A DNA stretch of 64,000 nucleotides from the NCBI GenBank assembly GCA_018648225.1, contig JABGRQ010000081.1:6092-70091 (forward strand). The letters are read 5' to 3'. The notes under the pieces are model-generated. The model made no database searches, was not told the origin of the DNA, and worked only from the letters and a program-made list of their open reading frames with translations. This document shows positions 26,514 to 35,475 of this stretch, piece by piece. The stretch's first letter is position 1. Each line of letters starts with the position of its first letter. The position numbers were made by a program, and so were the translations under genes. This DNA comes from Chloroflexota bacterium (GTDB taxonomy: Bacteria; Chloroflexota; Anaerolineae; Anaerolineales; UBA11858).

Positions 26514-26529
26514 TGTGCGAAATTTCACA
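26514..26529. promoter_or_regulatory. CRP/FNR-family-like binding site
   Basis: TGTGCGAAATTTCACA (TGTGn-N6-TCACA) in the AT-rich divergent intergenic region. Confidence 0.35.
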
Positions 26530-26632
26530 ATTCTGAAGAGCTTGGCGCTTTCAAGCGGAAATTCTCGTCTGTTCAGGTAGCCGAAAGCCTGCCAATGTGC
26601 TATATTGTTAGGCGTGTCCAGGAGAAAAGACG

Positions 26633-27316
26633 ATGACATACTTTAGCCGCGACCCCGTAAGCGCACACGCTGCTGCGCGTGTTTTAGCCAGAACAATTTT
26701 CAGACGTTTCTTTTGGCAGGGGAAATTGCTGCCCGCATTTTGGACAGTGATGAGTATCTCATCTTTTGTTGTCAATATTATTTTGATCGTTTTGCTTGTG
26801 GCGTTGAGTCAGCAGGTGAGTACGCTAAAAGACCTGGTTTCAACTCAACTATTGACGGGTTTGAGTGATAATTTTGCCGCGATGGATAAAGCCGTGATTG
26901 AAACCTCCATTATAGTTGATGATACAATTCCAGTTCAATTTGATTTACCAGTTTCAACAACGACCAATGTAATCCTTACGCAGCCGACATCTATTCGCGG
27001 CGCTCAGGTAGCCATTACGTCTGGCATCCTTAGCATTAATGCCCCGGCAGATATTATACTCCCGGCGGGCACCAGTTTGCCGATTGCGCTGGATATTACG
27101 GTTCCGGTGAATGAAACCGTGCCCGTGCATCTGGTTGTAGATGTGAGTATTCCGCTCAAAGATACTGGCTTGCATGACCCGTTTGTTGGGTTGCAGCAGG
27201 TGGTTGAACCCTATAACCAGCTTTTGATGCAAGAAAGCGCTCCGTTGGATGAATGGGATTTGTGTCAGGGAGATTGGGGCTTTCTGTGTGATTTATATTC
27301 TTTATTGAAAAAATGA
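26633..27316 (+). CDS. Hypothetical membrane-anchored protein
   Basis: AGGAG SD. One TM (FVVNIILIVLLVAL). Ends 7 nt before the M16 gene. Confidence 0.5.
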   Translation: MTYFSRDPVSAHAAARVLARTIFRRFFWQGKLLPAFWTVMSISSFVVNIILIVLLVALSQQVSTLKDLVSTQLLTGLSDNFAAMDKAVIETSIIVDDTIPVQFDLPVSTTTNVILTQPTSIRGAQVAITSGILSINAPADIILPAGTSLPIALDITVPVNETVPVHLVVDVSIPLKDTGLHDPFVGLQQVVEPYNQLLMQESAPLDEWDLCQGDWGFLCDLYSLLKK

Positions 27317-27323
27317 GGTATTT

Positions 27324-28610
27324 ATGAGTAAGTCTTTTTCCACCCATCAACTCGATAACGGCATGAAAATCATGCTCAAAGAGATACACACCGCACCCAT
27401 TATTAGTAGCTGGGTGTGGTATCGCGTTGGCTCGCGCGATGAAGTTCCCGGTCAGACCGGAATTTCACACTGGGTTGAGCATATGCAATTTAAAGGTACG
27501 CCGCAGTTTCCATCGAATGTGTTGGATAAAGCCATTTCGCGCGAAGGGGGATTGTGGAACGCGTTCACCTATCTCGATTGGACGACTTATTTTGAGACGA
27601 TGCCCGCCGATAAAATTGATCTGGCCCTGAGCCTGGAAGCGGATCGCATGACCAACAGCATTTTCGACCCCGAGGAAGTGGACTCCGAACGCACGGTGAT
27701 TATCTCTGAACGCCAGGGGCACGAAAATGAGCCGCTTTTTCAGTTGGGCGAAGCGGTTCGAGCAGCGGCTTTTCGCGTACACACGTATCACCATGAAATT
27801 ATCGGCGATATGGCCGACCTGGAAACAATGACGCGCGACGATCTTTACCAACACTACCGCGCCTATTATGTGCCCAATAATGCCACGATGGCCGTGGCAG
27901 GCGATTTCGACAGCGCAGTAATGCTGGAACGCATCCGCGGGTTATTTGAAGCCCTCCCTGCGGGCGTTGAACCGCCGCGCAAAGCGCGCCCCGAACCACC
28001 CCTGCGAGGAGAGCATCGCCTGGTGGTTGAGGGTACGGACGATACAGCATTTATTCAGGCGATTTATCACGCCCCCCGAGCAGTGGATGATGATTTTTTC
28101 CCCTTTATGGTATTGGATAGCTTGCTGACCGGACCAAGCGGTTTGAATATGTTCGGCGGCGGCATCTCGAATAAAACTTCCAGCCTGTATAAAAAACTGG
28201 TCGAAGGTGATCTGGCCGTCGGCGTGGGTGGCGGTTTACCGGCTACGATTGATCCTTTTGGCTACGAGATTACCATTACGGTACATCCGGCGCGCAAGCC
28301 CGATGAAGTAATTCTGGCGCTAGATGAAGCGATTGAGCGTTTGCAGCAAGCCCCTCCCAGCGCTGAGGCTGTGGAACGGGCGGTCAAACAGGCACGTGCT
28401 TTATTTGCCTATGGCAGTGAGAGCATTACCAACCAGGGTTTTTGGATGGGCTTTGCGGAGATGTTTGCCTCCTATGAGTGGTTCAACGCCTATTTAGACC
28501 GTCTCTCGGTGGTGACGCCTACCGATGTGCAACGCATTGCGCAAACCTATCTTGTCCCGCGCAACCGCGTGTTGGGCACCTATGTACCAACAAATGGGGT
28601 GACAGCATGA
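27324..28610 (+). CDS. M16 (pitrilysin/insulinase) zinc peptidase, active subunit
   Basis: HWVEHMQFKGT inverted zincin motif HxxEH. Confidence 0.85.
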   Translation: MSKSFSTHQLDNGMKIMLKEIHTAPIISSWVWYRVGSRDEVPGQTGISHWVEHMQFKGTPQFPSNVLDKAISREGGLWNAFTYLDWTTYFETMPADKIDLALSLEADRMTNSIFDPEEVDSERTVIISERQGHENEPLFQLGEAVRAAAFRVHTYHHEIIGDMADLETMTRDDLYQHYRAYYVPNNATMAVAGDFDSAVMLERIRGLFEALPAGVEPPRKARPEPPLRGEHRLVVEGTDDTAFIQAIYHAPRAVDDDFFPFMVLDSLLTGPSGLNMFGGGISNKTSSLYKKLVEGDLAVGVGGGLPATIDPFGYEITITVHPARKPDEVILALDEAIERLQQAPPSAEAVERAVKQARALFAYGSESITNQGFWMGFAEMFASYEWFNAYLDRLSVVTPTDVQRIAQTYLVPRNRVLGTYVPTNGVTA

Positions 28611-29878
28611 GCATTCAAAATTCATCCCTCCCCGGCCCTGATGACATCACCCGCGCGGAATTGCCCAACGGCATCACCGTGCTGGCGCGCTCAAATTTCA
28701 ACAGCCCTTCGGTGACGATTAACGGTTATTTAGATGTGGGCGCGCTCTTCGATAGCGATGAAAAACTGGGCCTGGCGGATTTCACCGCCGCGGCGTTGAT
28801 GCGCGGCACACAGCAGCGCGATTTCCAGGGGATTTATAACGCCCTGGAGAGTGTTGGCGCCAGCATGAGTTATAACAGCGCGACGCATACTACTGGTTTT
28901 GGCGGGCGTGCATTGGTCGAAGATTTGCCCCTGCTACTGGAATTACTCAGCGAGACTTTGCGCCAGCCCGCGTTCCCTGCCGAGCAAGTTGAACGTCTGC
29001 GGGCGCAACTGCTCACCGGTCTGACGCTGCGCGCCCAAGATACCGGCGATATGGCCGGTATGGCCTTCGATCAGATTGTCTACAAAGATCATCCCTATGG
29101 CCGTCCGGAAGATGGCTGGCCGGAAACCATCTCGGCAATTACGCGTGATGATCTGGTAGATTTTCATGCCCAACACTACGGTCCGCGCGGCATGGTGATT
29201 GCCATAGTCGGTGCAGTAGACGCTCAACAGGCGGTCGCCTGGGTGCAGGATGCGCTTGGCGATTGGGTTAACCCTCACCAACCCGCATCACCCCAACTTC
29301 CCGCGTTGACTCCCCTTGGGGAACTGATCGAGCAGCGGGTTGAAATTCCTGGCAAAATTCAATCCAATATTATCATCGGCGCGGCGGGGCCTCCCCGAAA
29401 AGCTGATGAATTTTTCGCCGCTTCGCTGGGCAATAGCGTGCTGGGGCAATTTGGCATGATGGGGCGGATTGGCGAGGTGGTGCGCGAGCAGGCCGGGCTG
29501 GCCTATTATGCGTTCAGCCGTCTGAGCGGCGGCGTTGGGCCTGGCCCGTGGTCGGTAAGCGCGGGGGTGAACCCGGCCAATGTGGAACGGGCGGTCGAAT
29601 TGATCCGCACCGAAATTGGGCGTTTTGTGACCGAACCCGTAACGGAGGCCGAACTTGCGGATAGCAAAGCCAGCTATATTGGGCGGCTGCCGCTGGCGCT
29701 GGAATCGAATGGCGGCGTGGCCGGCGCGCTGATTAGCCTGGCGCGCTACGATCTGGGTCTGGATTATTATTTACGTTATGCTGACTTTGTGAGCGCGGTC
29801 ACGCCCGAAACGGCTCTGACTGCGGCACAGAAATACCTGCACCCCGACCGGCTGGCTGTAGCCGTGGCCGGGCCGTGA
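28607..29878 (+). CDS. M16-family peptidase, non-catalytic partner subunit
   Basis: ATGA start/stop overlap with the preceding gene. M16 fold pattern without HxxEH. Confidence 0.8.
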   Translation: MSIQNSSLPGPDDITRAELPNGITVLARSNFNSPSVTINGYLDVGALFDSDEKLGLADFTAAALMRGTQQRDFQGIYNALESVGASMSYNSATHTTGFGGRALVEDLPLLLELLSETLRQPAFPAEQVERLRAQLLTGLTLRAQDTGDMAGMAFDQIVYKDHPYGRPEDGWPETISAITRDDLVDFHAQHYGPRGMVIAIVGAVDAQQAVAWVQDALGDWVNPHQPASPQLPALTPLGELIEQRVEIPGKIQSNIIIGAAGPPRKADEFFAASLGNSVLGQFGMMGRIGEVVREQAGLAYYAFSRLSGGVGPGPWSVSAGVNPANVERAVELIRTEIGRFVTEPVTEAELADSKASYIGRLPLALESNGGVAGALISLARYDLGLDYYLRYADFVSAVTPETALTAAQKYLHPDRLAVAVAGP

Positions 29879-29885
29879 GATAGAT

Positions 29886-29963
29886 CAACCACAAAGGCAC
29901 GCAGGGCACGGAGAAATTTTTAATAGCCAAAAAATTCTCTGTGTTCCCTGTGTCTCCGTGGTG
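29886..29963. repeat. Family D palindromic repeat (CCACnnAGnCAC.../...GTGTCTCCGTGGTG)
   Basis: caaccacaaaggcacgcagggcacggagaa / ttctctgtgttccctgtgtctccgtggtg inverted arms. Confidence 0.75.
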
Positions 29964-29970
29964 AAAAGCT

Positions 29971-30615
29971 ATGGAAGCCATCTACCACTCTGGAATGCTC
30001 ACCAAAACCCTGAGTACGCGTATCAGCCCGGCGGCGTTGGAAACGATGATTGCCGCCAATCTGAATCAGGATCGCCTGTTGGCCCTGATTGGACACGATG
30101 AATATCATTTCGATAGCAATGCCTTTGAAGCCGGGTATGCCTATATGGAAGCTCAGCGCCAGATTGTGCAGCGTGTATTGCAGAATGGCGCCGATATAAC
30201 CGCAGCATGGCAGGCTTTTGGACGTTTGACGCACGCTGCACAGGATTTTTATGCCCACAGCAATTATGTTTATTTATGGCGCGATCAGTTCAACGGAGCC
30301 GAAGCACTGCCCACGCCCTCGGGGGTACCTGCCCTGGATGAAGTTTTGCTTACACATCCGGAGCTGCACTCTGGAAGAATCTACTTCGGCGAAGCGCTGA
30401 TCTATCTGCTGCCCTTTTTTACACCCTGGGTATATCCGCGCTTGCCCGAAGATTCACACGCCAAAATGAATCTGGATTATCCCGAACGCGGCGAGCTGTT
30501 CCCCTACGCGATCGCGGCTGCCGAACAGCGCACGATTTTTGAATTTGAGTTACTCGCCGGGCGTGTCACAGCAGCATTGGGGAAGGGCGTATGGAAACGA
30601 TTTATAAACGGTTGA
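29971..30615 (+). CDS. Hypothetical protein with HET-C-like H..QDF.AHSN motif
   Basis: HAAQDFYAHSNYVYLW and EDSHAKMNLD motifs. The family assignment is from memory and tentative. Confidence 0.45.
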   Translation: MEAIYHSGMLTKTLSTRISPAALETMIAANLNQDRLLALIGHDEYHFDSNAFEAGYAYMEAQRQIVQRVLQNGADITAAWQAFGRLTHAAQDFYAHSNYVYLWRDQFNGAEALPTPSGVPALDEVLLTHPELHSGRIYFGEALIYLLPFFTPWVYPRLPEDSHAKMNLDYPERGELFPYAIAAAEQRTIFEFELLAGRVTAALGKGVWKRFING

Positions 30616-30660
30616 AAGTAGCATACCACCTTCAACTATTAACCTGTAACCTTTAACTTG
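30610..30660. repeat. Family E-like degenerate copy
   Basis: ggttgaaagtagcataccaccttcaactattaacctgtaacctttaac. Confidence 0.4.
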
Positions 30661-30700
30661 ATTGGGTGTTTTTCCTTTCCTCACACATTAAGGAGCTATT

Positions 30701-32059
30701 ATGTCTAAACTCAAACCCAATGACAAGCGCGAAATTTTTGGCTGGGGCATGTACGACTGGGCCAACTCGGCCTTCAGCACTACGGTAGGGACGGTTTTCC
30801 TCGGCCCGTATCTGGCCTCGCTGGCAGCCACCGCGGCACAAGCCCATCCCGATGGCATGGCGCGTTTTCTCGGCATACCGATTGCCCCCGATTCATTTCT
30901 ACCATATGCTGTTTCTCTGTCTGTCTTTTTGCAGGTTTTGTTTCTACCCATTTTGGGCGCTATCGCCGACTATTCGCATCTGCGTAAGCAAATGATGCAG
31001 GTTTTCGCCACCATCGGCGCGGTTGCTACGATCGCCATGTTCTTTATCACTCAACCTGTATGGTGGCTGGGCGGCGTGCTTTTCTTGCTAGCCAATCTCT
31101 CATTTGGCGCCGCGATTGTTTTTTATAATGCCTACCTGCCCGACATTGCCACCGAAGATCAGCGCGACCGGGTTTCATCTTACGGTTGGGCGCTGGGTTA
31201 TCTCGGCGGCGGGTTGCTCTTGGTTTTCAACCTGGCCTTCTACATGTTCAGTGAAGACCTGGGGGTTCCCAGCAATTTGGCTGTGCGCATCAATCTGGCT
31301 TCTGCCGGTGTGTGGTGGCTGGGGTTCTCGTTCATCACCTGGGCACGCTTGCGTTCGCGCAAGGCTTCGCGCCAATTGCCCGCGGGCACAACCTACCTCA
31401 AGATGGGTTTTGGTCAGTTGCGCAAAACCCTCAAAGAGATCAGGAATTTCCCTGAAACACTTAAATACCTGTTGGCCTATTTCCTTTACAACGATGGCAT
31501 CCAAACTGTGATCGCGGTCGCAGCCACATTTGCTGCAGCGCCACTGGTGCGCGGCGGACTTGAACTCGATCAGAGCACGCTGACAATGGTCATCCTGATG
31601 ATTCAGTTTGTGGCTTTCGGCGGCGCGCTCTTCTGGGGCAAACTGGCCGGATGGGTGGGGGCCAAACGCTCCATTATCATCAGCCTGGTAGTCTGGTCGG
31701 GCGTGGTTATCTTTGCCTATGCTGGCTTGCAGGGTGAAACGCGCGTGCTGCAATTCTGGATTTTAGGCGCTTTCATCGCGCTGGTGATGGGCGGTAGTCA
31801 GGCCATCAGCCGCAGCCTTTTCGCACAGATGATCCCTGATGGGCAAGAAGCAGAGTACTATTCTTTTTACGAAATCTCTGAGCGCGGCACCTCCTGGATT
31901 GGACCGTTGATCTTCGGTATCATGAACCAGGCCTTCGGTAGTCTGCGCCCGGCGCTGCTCTCGCTGATCTTCTTCTTCGTGATGGGGCTTATCATTCTGC
32001 CCTTCGTCAACGTCGAAAAAGCCATCGCCGATGTCAAGGCGGCGGCTGGCGCAAAGTAA
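30701..32059 (+). CDS. MFS transporter, UMF1/Atg22-like family
   Basis: EIFGWGMYDWANSAFSTTV N-terminal signature. About 12 TM segments. Confidence 0.8.
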   Translation: MSKLKPNDKREIFGWGMYDWANSAFSTTVGTVFLGPYLASLAATAAQAHPDGMARFLGIPIAPDSFLPYAVSLSVFLQVLFLPILGAIADYSHLRKQMMQVFATIGAVATIAMFFITQPVWWLGGVLFLLANLSFGAAIVFYNAYLPDIATEDQRDRVSSYGWALGYLGGGLLLVFNLAFYMFSEDLGVPSNLAVRINLASAGVWWLGFSFITWARLRSRKASRQLPAGTTYLKMGFGQLRKTLKEIRNFPETLKYLLAYFLYNDGIQTVIAVAATFAAAPLVRGGLELDQSTLTMVILMIQFVAFGGALFWGKLAGWVGAKRSIIISLVVWSGVVIFAYAGLQGETRVLQFWILGAFIALVMGGSQAISRSLFAQMIPDGQEAEYYSFYEISERGTSWIGPLIFGIMNQAFGSLRPALLSLIFFFVMGLIILPFVNVEKAIADVKAAAGAK

Positions 32060-32062
32060 CCG

Positions 32063-32100
32063 CCCCTCACCCCCTGCCCCTCTCTTGCGGGAGAGGGGCA
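32063..32100. repeat. Family A repeat, partial copy between the MFS gene and menG
   Basis: cccctcaccccctgcccctctcttgcgggagaggggc. Confidence 0.7.
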
Positions 32101-32108
32101 CAAACTGC

Positions 32109-32813
32109 ATGACTCACCTCACAGGCCATGAACGGGCTTCATACGTTCAAGCTATGTTTACCCGCATCGCAGCCCGCTACGATGTGATGAACCGCTTAAT
32201 GACCATGGGACAAGACGCGCGCTGGCGGCGGGAGGTCATCCGGAGGGCGTCCCTGCCCCCCTACAAGAGCCTCGTGCTGGACCTCGGGGCGGGCACCGGC
32301 GACCTGAGTTTTGAGACCCTCAAACAGAATCCAGATTCCCGCGCCATCGCTGCCGACTTCACCCTTGAAATGATGAAGATTGGCCGGGAACGCCCGACTG
32401 GCCGGTTCGCACTTTGGTCTGCGGTCGATGCGTTGAATATCCCTTTCCCCGATAACACATTTGACGCAGTCATCTCCGGATTTTTGTTGCGCAATGTAAT
32501 TGATCTGCCTCAAGCCTTGGCGGAACAATATCGCGTGCTGAAGCCCGGCGGACGCATGATCTCACTCGATACTACCAAGCCGCGCCCCGGCCCGCTGGCC
32601 CCGCTGATCGCATTCCACATGCACACGATCATCCCCGCGTTGGGCAAGCTGCTCACCGGCGAAGCCGAAGCCTACACCTATTTGCCCGACACATCCGAAA
32701 ATTTCCTGCTGGCCGAAGATTTAGCCGAGAAAATGCGTGGCGCAGGCTTTGGTGAAGTCGCTTTTCAGCGGCGCATGTTTGGCGTGGTGGCAATCCATTG
32801 GGGAGTGAAGTGA
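32109..32813 (+). CDS. menG: Demethylmenaquinone/ubiquinone C-methyltransferase (UbiE/MenG)
   Basis: VQAMFTRIAARYDVMNRLMTMGQDARWRR and LDLGAGTGD. Start at ATG 32109, downstream of a repeat element. Confidence 0.85.
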   Translation: MTHLTGHERASYVQAMFTRIAARYDVMNRLMTMGQDARWRREVIRRASLPPYKSLVLDLGAGTGDLSFETLKQNPDSRAIAADFTLEMMKIGRERPTGRFALWSAVDALNIPFPDNTFDAVISGFLLRNVIDLPQALAEQYRVLKPGGRMISLDTTKPRPGPLAPLIAFHMHTIIPALGKLLTGEAEAYTYLPDTSENFLLAEDLAEKMRGAGFGEVAFQRRMFGVVAIHWGVK

Positions 32814-33394
32814 GTCAACGCATCATTATAGGAATCAGCGGCGCGTCAGGGGCAATCCTCGGGATACGCACCCTGAAAACCCTGCGCACCCACCCCGAGG
32901 TCGAAACGCATCTAATCGTCTCTCCGGCAGCGCGGCTCACCATTCAGCAGGAAACCGACTGGAAAGTAAATGATGTCCTCGCCCTCGCCGATGTCGTCCA
33001 CAAACACAATGATATTGGCGCATCGATCGCATCGGGTTCTTTTGACACATTCGGCATGATCGTCATCCCCTGCTCAATCAAGTCGCTCTCTGCAATCGCC
33101 AATTCCTACTCCGATAATTTGCTTTCCCGTGCCGCCGATGTGACTCTCAAAGAAGGCCGTCCCCTGCTGCTGGTAGTGCGCGAAGCCCCGCTGCATCGCG
33201 GCCACCTGCGCCTGATGGATTTGGCTGCCCAAGCCGGGGCGATTATCTTTCCACCTGTGCCTGCTTTTTATGCGCGCCCCGCTACGCTTGATGAGATGGT
33301 GAATCACATTGTCGGGCGTGCCCTGGCGCGTATCGGCATTGAAAATGACAGCTACCTAAAATGGCAATTCGGCGAAATGGGGCCTGGGGTATAA
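32810..33394 (+). CDS. ubiX: Flavin prenyltransferase UbiX
   Basis: RIIIGISGASGAILG motif. GTGA start/stop overlap with menG. Confidence 0.85.
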   Translation: MSQRIIIGISGASGAILGIRTLKTLRTHPEVETHLIVSPAARLTIQQETDWKVNDVLALADVVHKHNDIGASIASGSFDTFGMIVIPCSIKSLSAIANSYSDNLLSRAADVTLKEGRPLLLVVREAPLHRGHLRLMDLAAQAGAIIFPPVPAFYARPATLDEMVNHIVGRALARIGIENDSYLKWQFGEMGPGV

Positions 33395-33425
33395 TGAAAT
33401 CAGCTATCTGGAAAGGAACACACAT

Positions 33426-33662
33426 ATGACTGGTTTTGATCGAATAACTTTCGAATCAAATATTTTAGGGGGGCGCGCCTGCATTCGTGGAATGCGAGTC
33501 TCTGTAGCCATGATTGTTAATTTAGTATCCAATGGCCTGATGTCCAATGAGATCATCAAAGAATACCCTTACCTGGAGCCGGAAGATATTCAACAGGCCT
33601 TGCGCTATGCAGCTTTGCTTGCCGATGAGTCAATCCGTGAGTTTGAATTCGCCTCCGTATGA
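33426..33662 (+). CDS. DUF433-family putative antitoxin
   Basis: ILGGRACIRGMRVSV...EYPYLEPEDIQQAL pattern. 78 aa. Confidence 0.75.
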   Translation: MTGFDRITFESNILGGRACIRGMRVSVAMIVNLVSNGLMSNEIIKEYPYLEPEDIQQALRYAALLADESIREFEFASV

Positions 33663-34021
33663 AATTCTTGGCCGACATGGGCATCTCGCCCAAAATTGTA
33701 GATTGGCTACGCGAAACTGGTCATGATGCCGTTCATCTGCACGATGAAGACCTCGAGCGATTATCGGATGAAAAAATACTTGAAAAAGCGCGCCGCGAAC
33801 AGCGAGTTGTCCTCACACATGATTTAGATTTTGGCGACTTGATGGCACTCAGCCAACGCGATGATCCGAGCGTGATCATTTTTCGCTTACAGGATATGCG
33901 ACCAGTCACGGTTCAAATTTACCTGGCAGAGATTATAAGAAAGCATTCGGATGTATTGGATCAGGGGATTGTAGCCAGTGTTAGCGAGCGCCACATTCGT
34001 GTGCGCCATTTACCCATTTGA
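33659..34021 (+). CDS. DUF5615-family PIN-like putative toxin
   Basis: MKFLADMGISPKIVDWLRETGHDAVHL. ATGA overlap with the DUF433 gene. Confidence 0.75.
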   Translation: MKFLADMGISPKIVDWLRETGHDAVHLHDEDLERLSDEKILEKARREQRVVLTHDLDFGDLMALSQRDDPSVIIFRLQDMRPVTVQIYLAEIIRKHSDVLDQGIVASVSERHIRVRHLPI

Positions 34022-34022
34022 T

Positions 34023-34757
34023 ATGACCAACAGAGATTTCAACAAAGCCGCTTTACGCGGTGAACCCTCCTACGTCTGGCGGGCGGGGCAGGATCGCCGC
34101 TTGCAGATGATTCTGGCTGTCGCCGGGAAACGTGTGCGCGGCCGCGTGCTGGAGAATGGCTGCGGCGTGGGCATGTATGTGGAGAAATTGAGCACTTTTG
34201 GGGGCGAAGTCGTTGGGCTGGAATTCGATTTTGAGCGCGGGGCGGAAGCCCACGTTAACTCGCCGTATATTATCAATGCTGCCGGTGAATATTTACCCTT
34301 CCCCGCGGAGAGCTACGACCTGATTTTGAGCCACGAAGTTATCGAGCATGTACAGGATGACCGCGCCGCGGTGGCCGAGATGGTGCGCGTACTCAAACCG
34401 GGTGGTCGTGCGGTGATTTTTTGCCCCAACCGCGGCTATCCCTTTGAGACGCATGGCGTTTACTGGCGCGGGGAGTATCATTTCGGCAACAAGCCCCTGG
34501 TCAACTGGCTGCCGCGCCAGTGGCGTGACAAACTTGCTCCGCATGTAAAAGTCTATTCCCGCAAAGATATGCAAAAGCTGTTTGTAAATTTGCAAATTTG
34601 TACGATTGAGCACACAATCGTATTTGGCGCGTATGATAATATCATTGCCCGCTTTGGACCTTTAGGGCGCGCGTTGCGAGCCGCACTGCAACTTCTGGAA
34701 CGCACGCCGGTGCGGGTATTCGGATTATCTCATTTTTGGGTGGTAGAAAAGATATAA
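34023..34757 (+). CDS. Class I SAM-dependent methyltransferase
   Basis: VLENGCGVGMY SAM motif and LKPGGRAVIF. Start at ATG 34023. Confidence 0.75.
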   Translation: MTNRDFNKAALRGEPSYVWRAGQDRRLQMILAVAGKRVRGRVLENGCGVGMYVEKLSTFGGEVVGLEFDFERGAEAHVNSPYIINAAGEYLPFPAESYDLILSHEVIEHVQDDRAAVAEMVRVLKPGGRAVIFCPNRGYPFETHGVYWRGEYHFGNKPLVNWLPRQWRDKLAPHVKVYSRKDMQKLFVNLQICTIEHTIVFGAYDNIIARFGPLGRALRAALQLLERTPVRVFGLSHFWVVEKI

Positions 34758-34789
34758 CGCAAAACCGCGAGGGCGCAGAGACGCAATAG
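34755..34789. repeat. Family C half-copy starting at the methyltransferase stop codon
   Basis: taacgcaaaaccgcgagggcgcagagacgcaatag. Confidence 0.45.
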
Positions 34790-34837
34790 ATTTATTTCCG
34801 GTAGTGCATGATATGTAAGTGATGAAGGAAATTTGTT

Positions 34838-34946
34838 GTCACCCTGAGACGAAGTCGAAGGGTCTAGCACAGCGTAAATAATGGCATTTATCTGGTTTTT
34901 CGCTCCGCTAGATGCTTCGGCCTACGGCCTCACGCTACGCGGTGAC
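34838..34946. repeat. Family B-related palindromic repeat (GTCACCCTGAG...GGTGAC type)
   Basis: gtcaccctgagacgaagtcgaagggtctagc ... gctagatgcttcgg...cgcggtgac. Confidence 0.65.
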
Positions 34947-34968
34947 ATCATCATAGCACTACCAACGT

Positions 34969-35475
34969 TTAAACTGCACGCGCGAAGGCTGTAAGCGCCA
35001 ATACAATCACCCCCAGAACTAAATTGACTTGCAATAATAATCGTTCGCGCCGCCGAAGTTGTCCCATCTCTGGCGTGGATCGGCCGCGCGCCTGTTTGAT
35101 CGCCGCCCGCCGCAAAGCCGGTAATATCCCCCAGGTGAACGCGGCGCTAAAGGCTACCATCAACCCAAAGACCAGATGCTTAATGAGCATGGCCCCCGCC
35201 CACGAACTGTTGATTGCTAAAAATCCATCATAATGCGGGCTGGCGCTCATTTGCAGCATTCCGCTGCCCAGCAACAAAGCTGCGCTGAACCAGGCCAGTG
35301 GATCCAGTTTGCGCTGGAGCGCATCCAGCAACGCTGCATACGGATTATCGTCGAGGGCTTTGCGCGCCGCGGGGATGACAACAATCGACAAGATAGCCAG
35401 GCCACCGATCCAAACGACGGTGGCTTGCATATGGACCCAATATGCAAGCGTGAGCGCCCAGGTTGGGGTTTGCAT
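34969..35475 (-). CDS. CopD-like membrane protein
   Basis: WVHMQATVVWIGGLA motif and 4 TM segments. TGATG stop/start junction with the upstream gene. Confidence 0.55.
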   Translation of the reverse strand: MQTPTWALTLAYWVHMQATVVWIGGLAILSIVVIPAARKALDDNPYAALLDALQRKLDPLAWFSAALLLGSGMLQMSASPHYDGFLAINSSWAGAMLIKHLVFGLMVAFSAAFTWGILPALRRAAIKQARGRSTPEMGQLRRRERLLLQVNLVLGVIVLALTAFARAV

